Of a DNA stretch of 64,000 nt, positions 55,898 to 64,000 are shown in pieces. Position 1 is the first letter of the stretch. Each line of letters begins with the position of its first letter. A model generated the notes under the pieces. That model had not been told where the DNA came from. It saw only the letters and a list, made by a program, of their open reading frames with translations, and ran no database searches. The position numbers and the translations under genes are program-made. The stretch covers positions 2,630 through 66,629 of IMG/VR virus record IMGVR_UViG_3300009553_000022; one strand, given 5' to 3'. This DNA is from a virus.

Positions 55898-56164
55898 ATG
55901 GCGAAGGCCGTCATGGAAGCGAAGGCCGCGGTCGATCTCGTATCGCCTGCCCTTTCTCGACCAGAAGAGAAGCCGGCCCCGGCTCCCGAACCTCCCCGCA
56001 AGTCCTGGCGGTTCGTGAACAATAAAAGCTGGTGGCAGGAGCTGGCCCTAAGAGACGGGTCGAAACTAAAATTCCCGTCGCAAGAGTTCGTCACTGAAGA
56101 CGCAACACTTGCGGCACAACTGACCGAACTTGTCGCTAAGGGCATCCTGTGCGACGGAAACTGA
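55898..56164 (+). CDS. hypothetical virion-associated protein
   Basis: Follows the capsid gene. Confidence 0.55.
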   Translation: MAKAVMEAKAAVDLVSPALSRPEEKPAPAPEPPRKSWRFVNNKSWWQELALRDGSKLKFPSQEFVTEDATLAAQLTELVAKGILCDGN

Positions 56165-56170
56165 TAGATT

Positions 56171-56332
56171 ATGGCAAACGAACCCAAAAAGGGCGCAAAC
56201 AAGAGCGGCGTGACTCACAAGGAATACGTCGCAGTGATCGGCGGCATTCCGCCCAAGAAAACCGTTCGCGAGATCGATGCGGATGTCAAGCCGCGCGCCA
56301 ATGGCCGCGCTCCTGGCTCCGTTCGGAAGTAA
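56171..56332 (+). CDS. small basic protein
   Basis: 53-aa ORF before the terminator. Confidence 0.45.
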   Translation: MANEPKKGANKSGVTHKEYVAVIGGIPPKKTVREIDADVKPRANGRAPGSVRK

Positions 56333-56374
56333 GCAACCCGGCCCGCGCGCTCCGCGCGTAAACGCAATTTCGCA

Positions 56375-56416
56375 GGCCGCGGGCGTATTATCACGCTCGC
56401 GGTCCTTTTTCTTTTC
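56375..56416 (+). terminator. Rho-independent terminator
   Basis: GGCCGCGGGCGT-loop-ACGCTCGCGGTC followed by a T tract. Confidence 0.65.
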
Positions 56417-56418
56417 CT

Positions 56419-57054
56419 ATGACCCTCGCAGACCTGAACGGCCTCATGGTAACGGGCGTGAGCCGGACCGACATTACTGCCAACGGTTCGGACGACTATT
56501 CGTCTTTCCTCAACGAGGCGCAGAGGGCGATCTGTCAGCGCCGGTCGTTCAAGTGGATGCGGACGAGTGCTGATCTGACTATCCCAGCCGGCGATGTCGC
56601 CGTCACGCTGCCGGAGAACTTCAAGGAGCTGACGAAAGGGCGCACGCCTGTGGTTCAGGTCGATTCGTCCCAGGATCCCGAGGTTCTTACTCCTGTCGAT
56701 GTCTGGACTCTGGAAAAGCAGCAACGTCGCGGGATGACGGCCCCGTTTTTGACTGTCCGCCTGGACACGACAACCGACCCGCCCCAGCTCGCGCTACTGG
56801 CCTCGTTTGACACTGACGTCGACCTTCGTGTCAGTTACTACGCCTTCCCGGACGACCTCGTCGAGGATGGCGACGAGAACCGACTCACGGTCGATCATCC
56901 CCACATGCTGCTGAACAAGGCCAAGGCTCTCGCGTTCGCCTCTGTGAACGATGCGACCACTCGGGATTTTGAGGAGTTGTTTGAGAGCCAGTTTAAGGTA
57001 GTCGCGGGCTTTGACGCCTACTCCAGTTTGTCGGGCACAGTTTCGAGGATGTAA
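56419..57054 (+). CDS. Head-tail adaptor / tail tubular protein A-like
   Basis: MTLADL, FLNEAQR.I, LP..F, Y...P..L; position. Confidence 0.7.
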   Translation: MTLADLNGLMVTGVSRTDITANGSDDYSSFLNEAQRAICQRRSFKWMRTSADLTIPAGDVAVTLPENFKELTKGRTPVVQVDSSQDPEVLTPVDVWTLEKQQRRGMTAPFLTVRLDTTTDPPQLALLASFDTDVDLRVSYYAFPDDLVEDGDENRLTVDHPHMLLNKAKALAFASVNDATTRDFEELFESQFKVVAGFDAYSSLSGTVSRM

Positions 57055-57058
57055 TCTT

Positions 57059-57814
57059 ATGGCAATTTTCACCGATACCGATCCGTCTGATTCTGACAGC
57101 GTGCGCCTGGGCGCGCAGCAAATCCGCGAGCTGAAGGAGATCCTCAACAACACGTTGGGGCTGCTTTACACGCTGTCGCCGGTCGACGACCCCGAGGGTT
57201 CCGCGGCTGCCGTCGCCGGAGGTGTTTCGCAAACGATGATCGCGGATTTGGCGATCTCGTCTGGCAAGTTGGCTGCCAATGCTGTCACCACCGCAAAGAT
57301 CACCGATAGCAACGTCACCACTGCGAAGATCGCTGACTCGAATGTCACCACTGCGAAGATCGCTGACTCGAATGTCACCACTGCGAAGATCGCTGACTCG
57401 AATGTCACCACTGCGAAAATTGCGGCCGGTACGAACGGGCAAGTTCTGGTCACGTCTGGCGGAGCCGCCACTTGGGGCTCGGCCCTGCAAGCAACCGCGA
57501 ACCAGTCGATCGGCAGTGCTGCCGAGGCGATCAACCTCTCAGTCGCGCATGGGCTGGCTGCGGTGCCGAAGTATGCGGAGTGGGTGCTGGTCTGCACCGA
57601 CGCCGGGGGCGACGCCGGGTACTCGCAGAATGACGAAGTGTCGATCGTGTCCAACCACGAGAACAACTCGCAGGTGACGACCTGGCGCGACGCGACGAAC
57701 GTTGGCGTTTCATTCACGTCTGGGCTCTCGTTAAAGGTTTACAACAAGTCGACGCAGGCCCTCACCAGTATCTCGCGTTCCAAGTGGCGCGCGAAAGCTT
57801 ACTTCTCTCTGTAA
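57059..57814 (+). CDS. Tail fibre / structural protein with DSNVTTAKIA repeats
   Basis: GAQQIR.LK N-terminus; tandem 10-aa repeats. Confidence 0.65.
   Translation: MAIFTDTDPSDSDSVRLGAQQIRELKEILNNTLGLLYTLSPVDDPEGSAAAVAGGVSQTMIADLAISSGKLAANAVTTAKITDSNVTTAKIADSNVTTAKIADSNVTTAKIADSNVTTAKIAAGTNGQVLVTSGGAATWGSALQATANQSIGSAAEAINLSVAHGLAAVPKYAEWVLVCTDAGGDAGYSQNDEVSIVSNHENNSQVTTWRDATNVGVSFTSGLSLKVYNKSTQALTSISRSKWRAKAYFSL
57278..57424 (+). repeat. 30-nt coding tandem repeat, about 5 copies
   Basis: GTCACCACTGCGAAGATCGCTGACTCGAAT units. Confidence 0.9.
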
Positions 57815-60800
57815 TGCGGCGCAAACGCCCTCTCCAAGTGCGAGTCGCGGCCCCTTCCCGGGGCCTCGTTACCCGCTTGCCTCCCGAGCTGGCCGACAAG
57901 CTGAAGCCGAACGACGTAAACCGCACATGTGTCGTTGCGCAAAACGTCCGTTTCGAGGATGGCGTGGTCGCTGCGGCGCCTGGGTTCGAGCAGGTCGAAA
58001 TGAGCGACAGCCTCGCGACTACGTTGCTGCACCATTGGACGCTGAACGAAGCTAGTGAGACGCGGGTTGACGTACACGGCGACAACGACATGGAGGATTT
58101 CGGCGGGTTCCCTACGAGCGCGACAGCGGGGAAGTTCGACGACGCGGCGAATTTTCAGGATGTCGCCTCGGACGACATTGCTTTGCGGACCAACAGCGCG
58201 CTTGCTCTGGTTGACGGGAGCGATTTGACGGTCACAGGCTGGTTTCGATTCACCGGCGGCGCGGGAGTCCTGCACTTGTTTGGTGTACCCGACGCTTTCG
58301 ATCTCGCGATTGAGAGCCAGAAGCTCGCCTTTTACGCCTGGGATACGCTGAACAGTTCGGTTCGGGTTGAGTCGGCGTCGTTGTCGCCGAGCACTATTTA
58401 TTTTTTCGCGGCCACGATTGAAAGTGGCAACGAGATCTCGATCCGGGTCAACGCCGCGACTGCGGTTACGGACAACTTCAGCGGCATTTCCACATTTCCG
58501 GGCCGGCCTGTTATTGGCGGCGCCTCGGGTAGTAGCGGCTCCGGCGGCTTCTGGCTCGATTCTCTGAGCGTCTTCTCGTCCGTACTGTCGACGGCCGAAA
58601 TTGATCGGCTTTACAACTCTGGCGACGGCCTTGACTACCCTTTCCTCGGCGGAGTGTTCTACACGATCCACCAAGCCGACTACCTGCAGAGTCCGGACAA
58701 TCCGCTCTTCTTCTGCAACCTCTCGCACATTTATCTGGCGACGCGGAGCTACTCCGCCAGCCCGCGCACGTTCAGCGTTGTGCTGACGGATCTCTTTGAG
58801 GCAGACGCCCCGACCAGTGCCGAACTTCGCTGGCACGCCTGCGATTTCTTCAATCGAGTAGTCTTTGCAGCCGACGGCGTGACGCCGCAGCAGTATTTGA
58901 CGGGAGTCGCGACGAGTGACTTGCCCGGCCTTCCGTCCAACGCCGATTACGCTGGAGTAACCGCGTTCGCGGGGCACTTGCTGCTGTGGAGCGGCGTTAC
59001 CCTGAAATGGTGCGACCTCAACGACGCGACGAACTGGATCCCAGTCGCTGAGACCGTAACCACGAACAGCCTTGCGGTCGCGACGGGAGGCTTTACGCAG
59101 CCTTCCCTGGGCAATACGACCTCGGTCTTCTACGTCGACGACGCTCCGACGGGCTGGGTTGTCGGGATGTTTGTTCGCATCGAGCACAGTACGGCGTCCG
59201 TCAGCTACTACGCTGTTGCGTCAATCTCGCCGTTTCTGTCCCTGACTGCGACTAGTGTCGCCAGCTCTCAGACCGCGACCGGGTCCGCGACAACGGCGAT
59301 TTTTATAACCGAGCCCGTCGAGTGGGAGGCCGGCACGATCGTTGTCGTGGGGTCGAGTATTTTGACTGTGGCGGATTCAGCGGAAGCGTCGACAGACGCC
59401 TGGATCGTGTACGCTGATGCCACCGTCACGGCGGGCTCTCCGCGAACTGTCACGGGATTGATTCTCTCGTCACAGGATACGGACCTCGCCGTCGACGATT
59501 ACATTTCTATCGGCCCGAACACGATCCCGGGCCGAGACGTCTATAAGATCACCGCAATCTCGACCGATACCTCGACGGGCAAAGTCAAGCTGAACTTGAG
59601 CCAGGTCGGAAATTCCGGCACTGGTTCTAATCCGCTCGGCGACGCGGCGACGATTGTAGACGGCTCTGTCGTTGTCCGTCAGCCGTGGGTTTCGCTCACC
59701 AATGCCGGGAGCAACGTCACGGTCTCGGCTTCGACGACGATCTCTGAGAAGTACGGCCTGACGCTCACGCTGCAGGATCTGACCGGTGCCCAGGCCGGCG
59801 GCACTATCAGCGCCGGCGCGACTCTCGTGCCTCTGGAAGCGAATGAGGCCGGAGAAGCGCAGTTTGTCGGGAACGACGACAACGGCGATATTTTGGAGGT
59901 CGTGCCGGTGGGCGAGTATGCGGTTTCGCTGAAGGCGCGGTCGGTCTCGTCGGTCCAGTACGTCGGGAGGCAACAGGGCGTTTTCTTCCGCCGCACCGAG
60001 TTGCGCAGCGACGGGCTGCTTGCACGGAATGCCTGGGCAAAGTTGGGCGATTCGCGGATCGCGTTCCTCGGGCGCAAAGAGCTGTACGTCTACTCCGGCG
60101 GGCAGTCGGCGGAGCCGGTTTGCCAACAGTTCACGCGGCAGCTGTACGCGGAGCTTGATCGCGCCCGCCTGGGCGAGGCGTTTGCGTTCCACAACGAGCT
60201 GCGAAATGAGCTTTGGCTTGTCTACCCCACCATCGGCGGCGGGCAGAAGGTTCTGATCTGGAATCATCTGGAGGATACCGCAACCATCGACGACTACGAG
60301 ACCGATTCGGGACATCTCACAACGGCCGCCCAAGCCGACTGGAGTACGGATCCCGTATGGTCCGACACAGTCGGAAGCTGGGAGAGCCTTGAAGATGGTG
60401 TGACTTGGTCGAGCCTCACCGCGTCGGGCGAGCAGCTGCTGACGCTGATCGCGAACGGGCTCGGCACCGTGGCCGTGCAGGGCGAGGTGTGGAATCGAGA
60501 CGGAGACGGATACGACTGTGTCGCGGAAACCTGCGACTACGACTTCGGCGACTCGGAAGCGTTCAAGTACGTTGACGCCGTCCGTGTGGTTTTCGATCGG
60601 GGCACCGACAACGTCGAGCGGCTAGTTTATGTGCAGATCGGCACGCGGAAAGACTCCTTGTCGCCGGTCGTCTACAGCGCCCGGCACGCAATCAACATCT
60701 CTGACGCGCAGTCGCAGCCGGTGAAGGTCAACCCAGGCGGCGCGGGCCGGTTTATTCGGCTCCGGTTCACTTCTGAGGATCCCGATGTGAAGTGGAGGAT

Positions 60801-60843
60801 CTCCGGCTTCGAGATCATCGCGCGGGCCGGCAATACGTACTGA
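57814..60843 (+). CDS. Tail nozzle / stabilization protein (P22 gp10-like) with LamG-like insertion
   Basis: QNVRF..G N-terminus, propeller-like core, GRFIRLRF C-terminus; LamG-like HWTL.E..LS..EI..LY. Confidence 0.65.
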   Translation: MRRKRPLQVRVAAPSRGLVTRLPPELADKLKPNDVNRTCVVAQNVRFEDGVVAAAPGFEQVEMSDSLATTLLHHWTLNEASETRVDVHGDNDMEDFGGFPTSATAGKFDDAANFQDVASDDIALRTNSALALVDGSDLTVTGWFRFTGGAGVLHLFGVPDAFDLAIESQKLAFYAWDTLNSSVRVESASLSPSTIYFFAATIESGNEISIRVNAATAVTDNFSGISTFPGRPVIGGASGSSGSGGFWLDSLSVFSSVLSTAEIDRLYNSGDGLDYPFLGGVFYTIHQADYLQSPDNPLFFCNLSHIYLATRSYSASPRTFSVVLTDLFEADAPTSAELRWHACDFFNRVVFAADGVTPQQYLTGVATSDLPGLPSNADYAGVTAFAGHLLLWSGVTLKWCDLNDATNWIPVAETVTTNSLAVATGGFTQPSLGNTTSVFYVDDAPTGWVVGMFVRIEHSTASVSYYAVASISPFLSLTATSVASSQTATGSATTAIFITEPVEWEAGTIVVVGSSILTVADSAEASTDAWIVYADATVTAGSPRTVTGLILSSQDTDLAVDDYISIGPNTIPGRDVYKITAISTDTSTGKVKLNLSQVGNSGTGSNPLGDAATIVDGSVVVRQPWVSLTNAGSNVTVSASTTISEKYGLTLTLQDLTGAQAGGTISAGATLVPLEANEAGEAQFVGNDDNGDILEVVPVGEYAVSLKARSVSSVQYVGRQQGVFFRRTELRSDGLLARNAWAKLGDSRIAFLGRKELYVYSGGQSAEPVCQQFTRQLYAELDRARLGEAFAFHNELRNELWLVYPTIGGGQKVLIWNHLEDTATIDDYETDSGHLTTAAQADWSTDPVWSDTVGSWESLEDGVTWSSLTASGEQLLTLIANGLGTVAVQGEVWNRDGDGYDCVAETCDYDFGDSEAFKYVDAVRVVFDRGTDNVERLVYVQIGTRKDSLSPVVYSARHAINISDAQSQPVKVNPGGAGRFIRLRFTSEDPDVKWRISGFEIIARAGNTY

Positions 60844-60844
60844 A

Positions 60845-62017
60845 ATGCCGATCGAAGTCCCAAAAATTGTTTTGCCGGCGCCGCTCCGCCAAGCCCGGAA
60901 CGAGGCGGAACGGAACAACGTCTTGCTGAGGTTTACTCGCGAGACTGAATCGGCCTTTAAGGGCCTGGTTGATAGTCACGGCAATCTTATTTCTTCCATA
61001 AACACCCTGGAGGAAGATGTCGCATCTCTCCGGGAGACAGTTGAGGCTCTTCCCGCCGGGGGAACGGGTGCGGCCGGCCCGCCAGGACCTCCAGGGGCGC
61101 AAGGGCCGCCGGGGGCGGACGGTGCTGATGGCGCGGACGGTGCTGATGGCGCGGACGGCACGCCAGCCGCAAGCGAGATCCGATACTCCGACGGCCGGGC
61201 GGTCGAGTTCTTTGACGACTACGCTGCCGGCTCGATCTCCACGTTCGACAAGGGGCTAGGATTCGATACGAACGGCGTAGGCACCGGCTGCACGATCGTC
61301 TCTAAAACGATGGTATCGGGACAAGTGCATAACCGGCTTGCGATTAATCAGGGTCAGTACGGGCGAAAACTTCCCTGGGGCAACGACTGGGGCCGTATCC
61401 AGATCGCGATGATGCTGCGGATCAATCGGGGCTCCACTTTCAGCGGCGGCGCCTCTTATTTTGGTGTTTGTTCCGGTACTATGAACATGGTCGCGTCTTC
61501 CAGCACCGACAACTTTGCGGGGGTGAAGACGGGCCAAAACTCGAATGACTTCACTTATACGACCGGCACGCGGATGAATTACTTCGATCACAATCCGACG
61601 TTTCGGTTTGTGACGCGCCGCGGAACGACGAACACCGACCGGACGTCGGGGTCCGGCTCCGCGGGGCGGGCGATCTCGGCGGACGAGGGTTATATCTCGC
61701 TGCACTTCCTGGAGATCAGCCGGCCAGCGTTCGCCTCCGCCGGGTCGTCGATCACTTATACGTTCGGGCGGAGTTTAGTGTCGGGCACAATGGTCGAGCA
61801 TTCGTCTGCCAAGACAGTGCTTATGGACGTGCTACACCAGGAAACCCTGTCGACGGTCGGAGCCGGGTCTATGGTTGCCCTGCTCACAGGCGCCGCGAAC
61901 AACACGACTTCCTACTCTTTTGACGAGAGCACGGGAGAGCTGGACACCTTTAATGTCAGCTGGGTTGAAACTTTTGACCTGGAGATCGCCGCCCTGGGCA
62001 TCCGCAAGGTCTACTGA
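60845..62017 (+). CDS. Collagen-like tail fibre protein
   Basis: Coiled coil, GxY repeats (GPP, GAD), beta-rich C-terminus. Confidence 0.7.
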   Translation: MPIEVPKIVLPAPLRQARNEAERNNVLLRFTRETESAFKGLVDSHGNLISSINTLEEDVASLRETVEALPAGGTGAAGPPGPPGAQGPPGADGADGADGADGADGTPAASEIRYSDGRAVEFFDDYAAGSISTFDKGLGFDTNGVGTGCTIVSKTMVSGQVHNRLAINQGQYGRKLPWGNDWGRIQIAMMLRINRGSTFSGGASYFGVCSGTMNMVASSSTDNFAGVKTGQNSNDFTYTTGTRMNYFDHNPTFRFVTRRGTTNTDRTSGSGSAGRAISADEGYISLHFLEISRPAFASAGSSITYTFGRSLVSGTMVEHSSAKTVLMDVLHQETLSTVGAGSMVALLTGAANNTTSYSFDESTGELDTFNVSWVETFDLEIAALGIRKVY

Positions 62018-62415
62018 TTTTTTGCGACCGCGTTCGTTTCGGCCGTATAAACGAATATATCGGCCCGAAACAGAAACTTCCCCTCGCCTGGCAGCGCCAT
62101 TCCGACGCCGTTCTTGTTGATCGCACCCCAGCCTCCCCGCTCCCCCGCATAGCTGTAAGAAAAGAGCATGCCGTCCGCACCCCGCAAACACGCCTCGTGT
62201 ACGAACTGCTTTTGTACTTTCAGCTCAGCCTCGCGGGAATCGAGCCGGGTATAGGTCGCGATCAGCTTGTACGGACGGTCAGGCCTTGTATCGCCCTGGA
62301 ACGTCATAACCCCCGACACCCGGGCTCTCGGGGTAGCGTCATAAACATAGTTGTCAGTACTCGCGCACCCGCCGCACGCCGCGGCGGCCAGCCCCAGGAG
62401 CATAAGCCTCTTCAT
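62011..62415 (-). CDS. Lipoprotein moron (possible superinfection exclusion)
   Basis: Lipoprotein signal, A...GADG; antisense within the late region. Confidence 0.55.
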   Translation of the reverse strand: MKRLMLLGLAAAACGGCASTDNYVYDATPRARVSGVMTFQGDTRPDRPYKLIATYTRLDSREAELKVQKQFVHEACLRGADGMLFSYSYAGERGGWGAINKNGVGMALPGEGKFLFRADIFVYTAETNAVAKNQ

Positions 62416-62465
62416 GATTGTCTTATCGGACAGTTAGACCCCTTTTTCAACTGTTTTTCCACCCC

Positions 62466-62480
62466 GAAACGTGGTATATT
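62466..62480 (+). promoter_or_regulatory. Extended -10 motif (class-3 promoter)
   Basis: GAAACGTGGTATATT. Confidence 0.5.
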
Positions 62481-62490
62481 AAGCGAACCC

Positions 62491-62904
62491 TTGGAGTCCG
62501 AGCACCCTCAGATCGATGTAGATGCGCTTTTGTCCGATGTCGCCGGCGGCGACCCGGGCGCTTTGGAGTTTTGCCGGGCGTACTTCGCCTTTGCTCACCT
62601 GACGGACGACGCGGTCGACCAGCAGGTCCGGAACCGGTGGACGATGTCTCAAGTGTCAAATACGTGCCTCCGGCTGGCGGCGGCGTTAAGTACCGGGTTC
62701 TTCCAGGCGCATAAGGATTACCTGATCGCGCTGATCGAAATGTCGACGCTGGCATACCTGGAGTCGGAAGAAGCGGCCGAGGGGCCGGCGCAGAGGTTCC
62801 TTGCAACCGAGTACTTTAACGTGCTACTGGGCGTTGCTCGGATTGTAGGGGGTTTTGACCACGCCCGCGCCGTCGCCGCAAGGTGGAGGTTCGCCCGTGG
62901 ATAG
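62491..62904 (+). CDS. DDxxD helical protein (isoprenoid-synthase-like), paralog 1
   Basis: GDP.A.EF...H..DDAVD; start uncertain. Confidence 0.55.
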   Translation: MESEHPQIDVDALLSDVAGGDPGALEFCRAYFAFAHLTDDAVDQQVRNRWTMSQVSNTCLRLAAALSTGFFQAHKDYLIALIEMSTLAYLESEEAAEGPAQRFLATEYFNVLLGVARIVGGFDHARAVAARWRFARG

Positions 62905-63343
62905 CCTGCGGGATTTTGAGCTGGTGGCAAATGGGGACCCGAGCGCCGTCGAGTTCGCTTGCGTGGTGTTTAAGTTCCTCCACGAGATCGATGACGCGTG
63001 GGATATGGATCAGCCACTAAGCAAGGAGTTTTTCGTACGGACAATGCTGGAAATGGTTGTTGTTTTGGCCAAAAACCATTTTTGGCTGGCCCACCGGTCC
63101 GCGTTGTTCGGCTTGTTGCAGCTCGCCTTCTTGGGTTGGGAGGCTGGTGACGAGTGGAAAGCGCGGACCGGCCATGACCGAGTTGCCGCCGAGGTAATCA
63201 AGTCCGCCTACAAACAAATTTTGTGGTTCGTCGCTGTGCAGTGTCACGGGCTCGACGGCGCGAGAGCGGTGAAGCAGCAACTTGAGTGCTTCAACTACGA
63301 TTTAGAGGATTCCAATGTTCTACCAGCACCCCAATACGTCTAA
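62897..63343 (+). CDS. DDxxD helical protein, paralog 2
   Basis: GDP.A.EF...H..DDAWD; Shine-Dalgarno GGAGG. Confidence 0.6.
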   Translation: MDSLRDFELVANGDPSAVEFACVVFKFLHEIDDAWDMDQPLSKEFFVRTMLEMVVVLAKNHFWLAHRSALFGLLQLAFLGWEAGDEWKARTGHDRVAAEVIKSAYKQILWFVAVQCHGLDGARAVKQQLECFNYDLEDSNVLPAPQYV

Positions 63344-63539
63344 CGGCGCGCTCCGCGGGGCCGGATCGTCGCTTTTGATGAATTACCTGAAGCCGCTCGG
63401 GCAGCAACAGCCCGCGCAGCCCGGCCCGGCTCCCGCGGCGGCCCCGGCACCCGGCCAACCACAGCAACCCCCGCCCTCGTCTGGGTTTTCTCCTGACGTG
63501 GCTCACCAGCAAAGCGGCGGGCTGCTCCGAAATCTCTAA
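63315..63539 (+). CDS. Q/P-rich small protein
   Basis: Packed ORF. Confidence 0.45.
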   Translation: MFYQHPNTSNGALRGAGSSLLMNYLKPLGQQQPAQPGPAPAAAPAPGQPQQPPPSSGFSPDVAHQQSGGLLRNL

Positions 63540-63553
63540 CCGAGGAGTCCAGC

Positions 63554-64000
63554 ATGTCCTACGGGTCAACAAGTTATAAAACATATCAAAACAAGGTTTA
63601 CGATCCGCTCGGAGCGTCGCAGCAGTTCACGAAGAAGGGGAAACCGATGCAGGGATGGACCGGCGCGGTTCCGATGCGGAGTGAGATTTTTGACACGCTG
63701 ACGAAGTACCGCCCGCAGGGACAGGAGGCCGCGGCAGGTGTTGCGGGGGCGGCGCGGGATGCCGCTGCAAACCCTGGATGGGCCGCCGCGTCGCGGCTGG
63801 CTTCGGATCAGATCGCCGGCAAATATCTGCACGGCTCGCCTGAATTTAGCGCGGGGATCGACGCAATGCGGGGGGCCGCTGCGAACGAGGCCGCGGATAA
63901 CGCCGCGAACATCCGAAGCGGGTTCGCTCGTAACGGCGTGGCTTTTGGGACGGCAAACCAGCAAGCCGAGGCCGCTAACGCTGCGGCGGCGACTGCCAAG
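63554..64000 (+). CDS. Internal virion / DNA-entry protein, 3' partial
   Basis: Shine-Dalgarno GAGGAG, ATG at 63554, Ala/Gly-rich frame open to the window edge. Confidence 0.6.
   Translation, partial: MSYGSTSYKTYQNKVYDPLGASQQFTKKGKPMQGWTGAVPMRSEIFDTLTKYRPQGQEAAAGVAGAARDAAANPGWAAASRLASDQIAGKYLHGSPEFSAGIDAMRGAAANEAADNAANIRSGFARNGVAFGTANQQAEAANAAAATAK

Noticed and set aside
57278-57424. 30-nt tandem repeat as a CRISPR array
   Set aside because: No spacers; it encodes in-frame DSNVTTAKIA fibre repeats.

Overview
The whole window is one GC-rich, temperate, podovirus-like phage genome, with no host DNA visible. The integrase sits mid-window with phage genes on both sides. Layout: a giant polyvalent/internal virion protein, a fibre-like gene and membrane genes (1-9.7 kb); a minus-strand replication and nucleotide block with PolA, split primase-helicase, SSB, DUF2800 nuclease, SF2 helicase, RuvC, Dam-like MTase, HNH and a histone-fold protein (9.6-23.9 kb); tyrosine integrase (24.4-25.5 kb); a regulatory switch (26.3-28.2 kb); early genes including DUF932, PAPS-reductase-like and C5 MTase (28-38 kb); a non-coding AT-rich inverted-repeat region at about 39.4 kb; then accessory enzymes, terminase, portal, scaffold, glycosyltransferases, capsid and tail genes (40-64 kb). 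The main result is an apparent phage-run sigma-54 regulon. The phage encodes its own sigma-54 enhancer-binding AAA+ activator with no sensor domain. Seven -24/-12 promoters lie at gene starts, each with GTG (once GTA) at +4, in frame with the next gene or a coupled mini-ORF. Both these and the sigma-70 early promoters are overlaid by 10-bp-periodic TGTCWGACA-like boxes. A ribbon-helix-helix gene and a stand-alone PAS gene are transcribed divergently from the activator. All calls are by-eye motif recognition; no searches were run.
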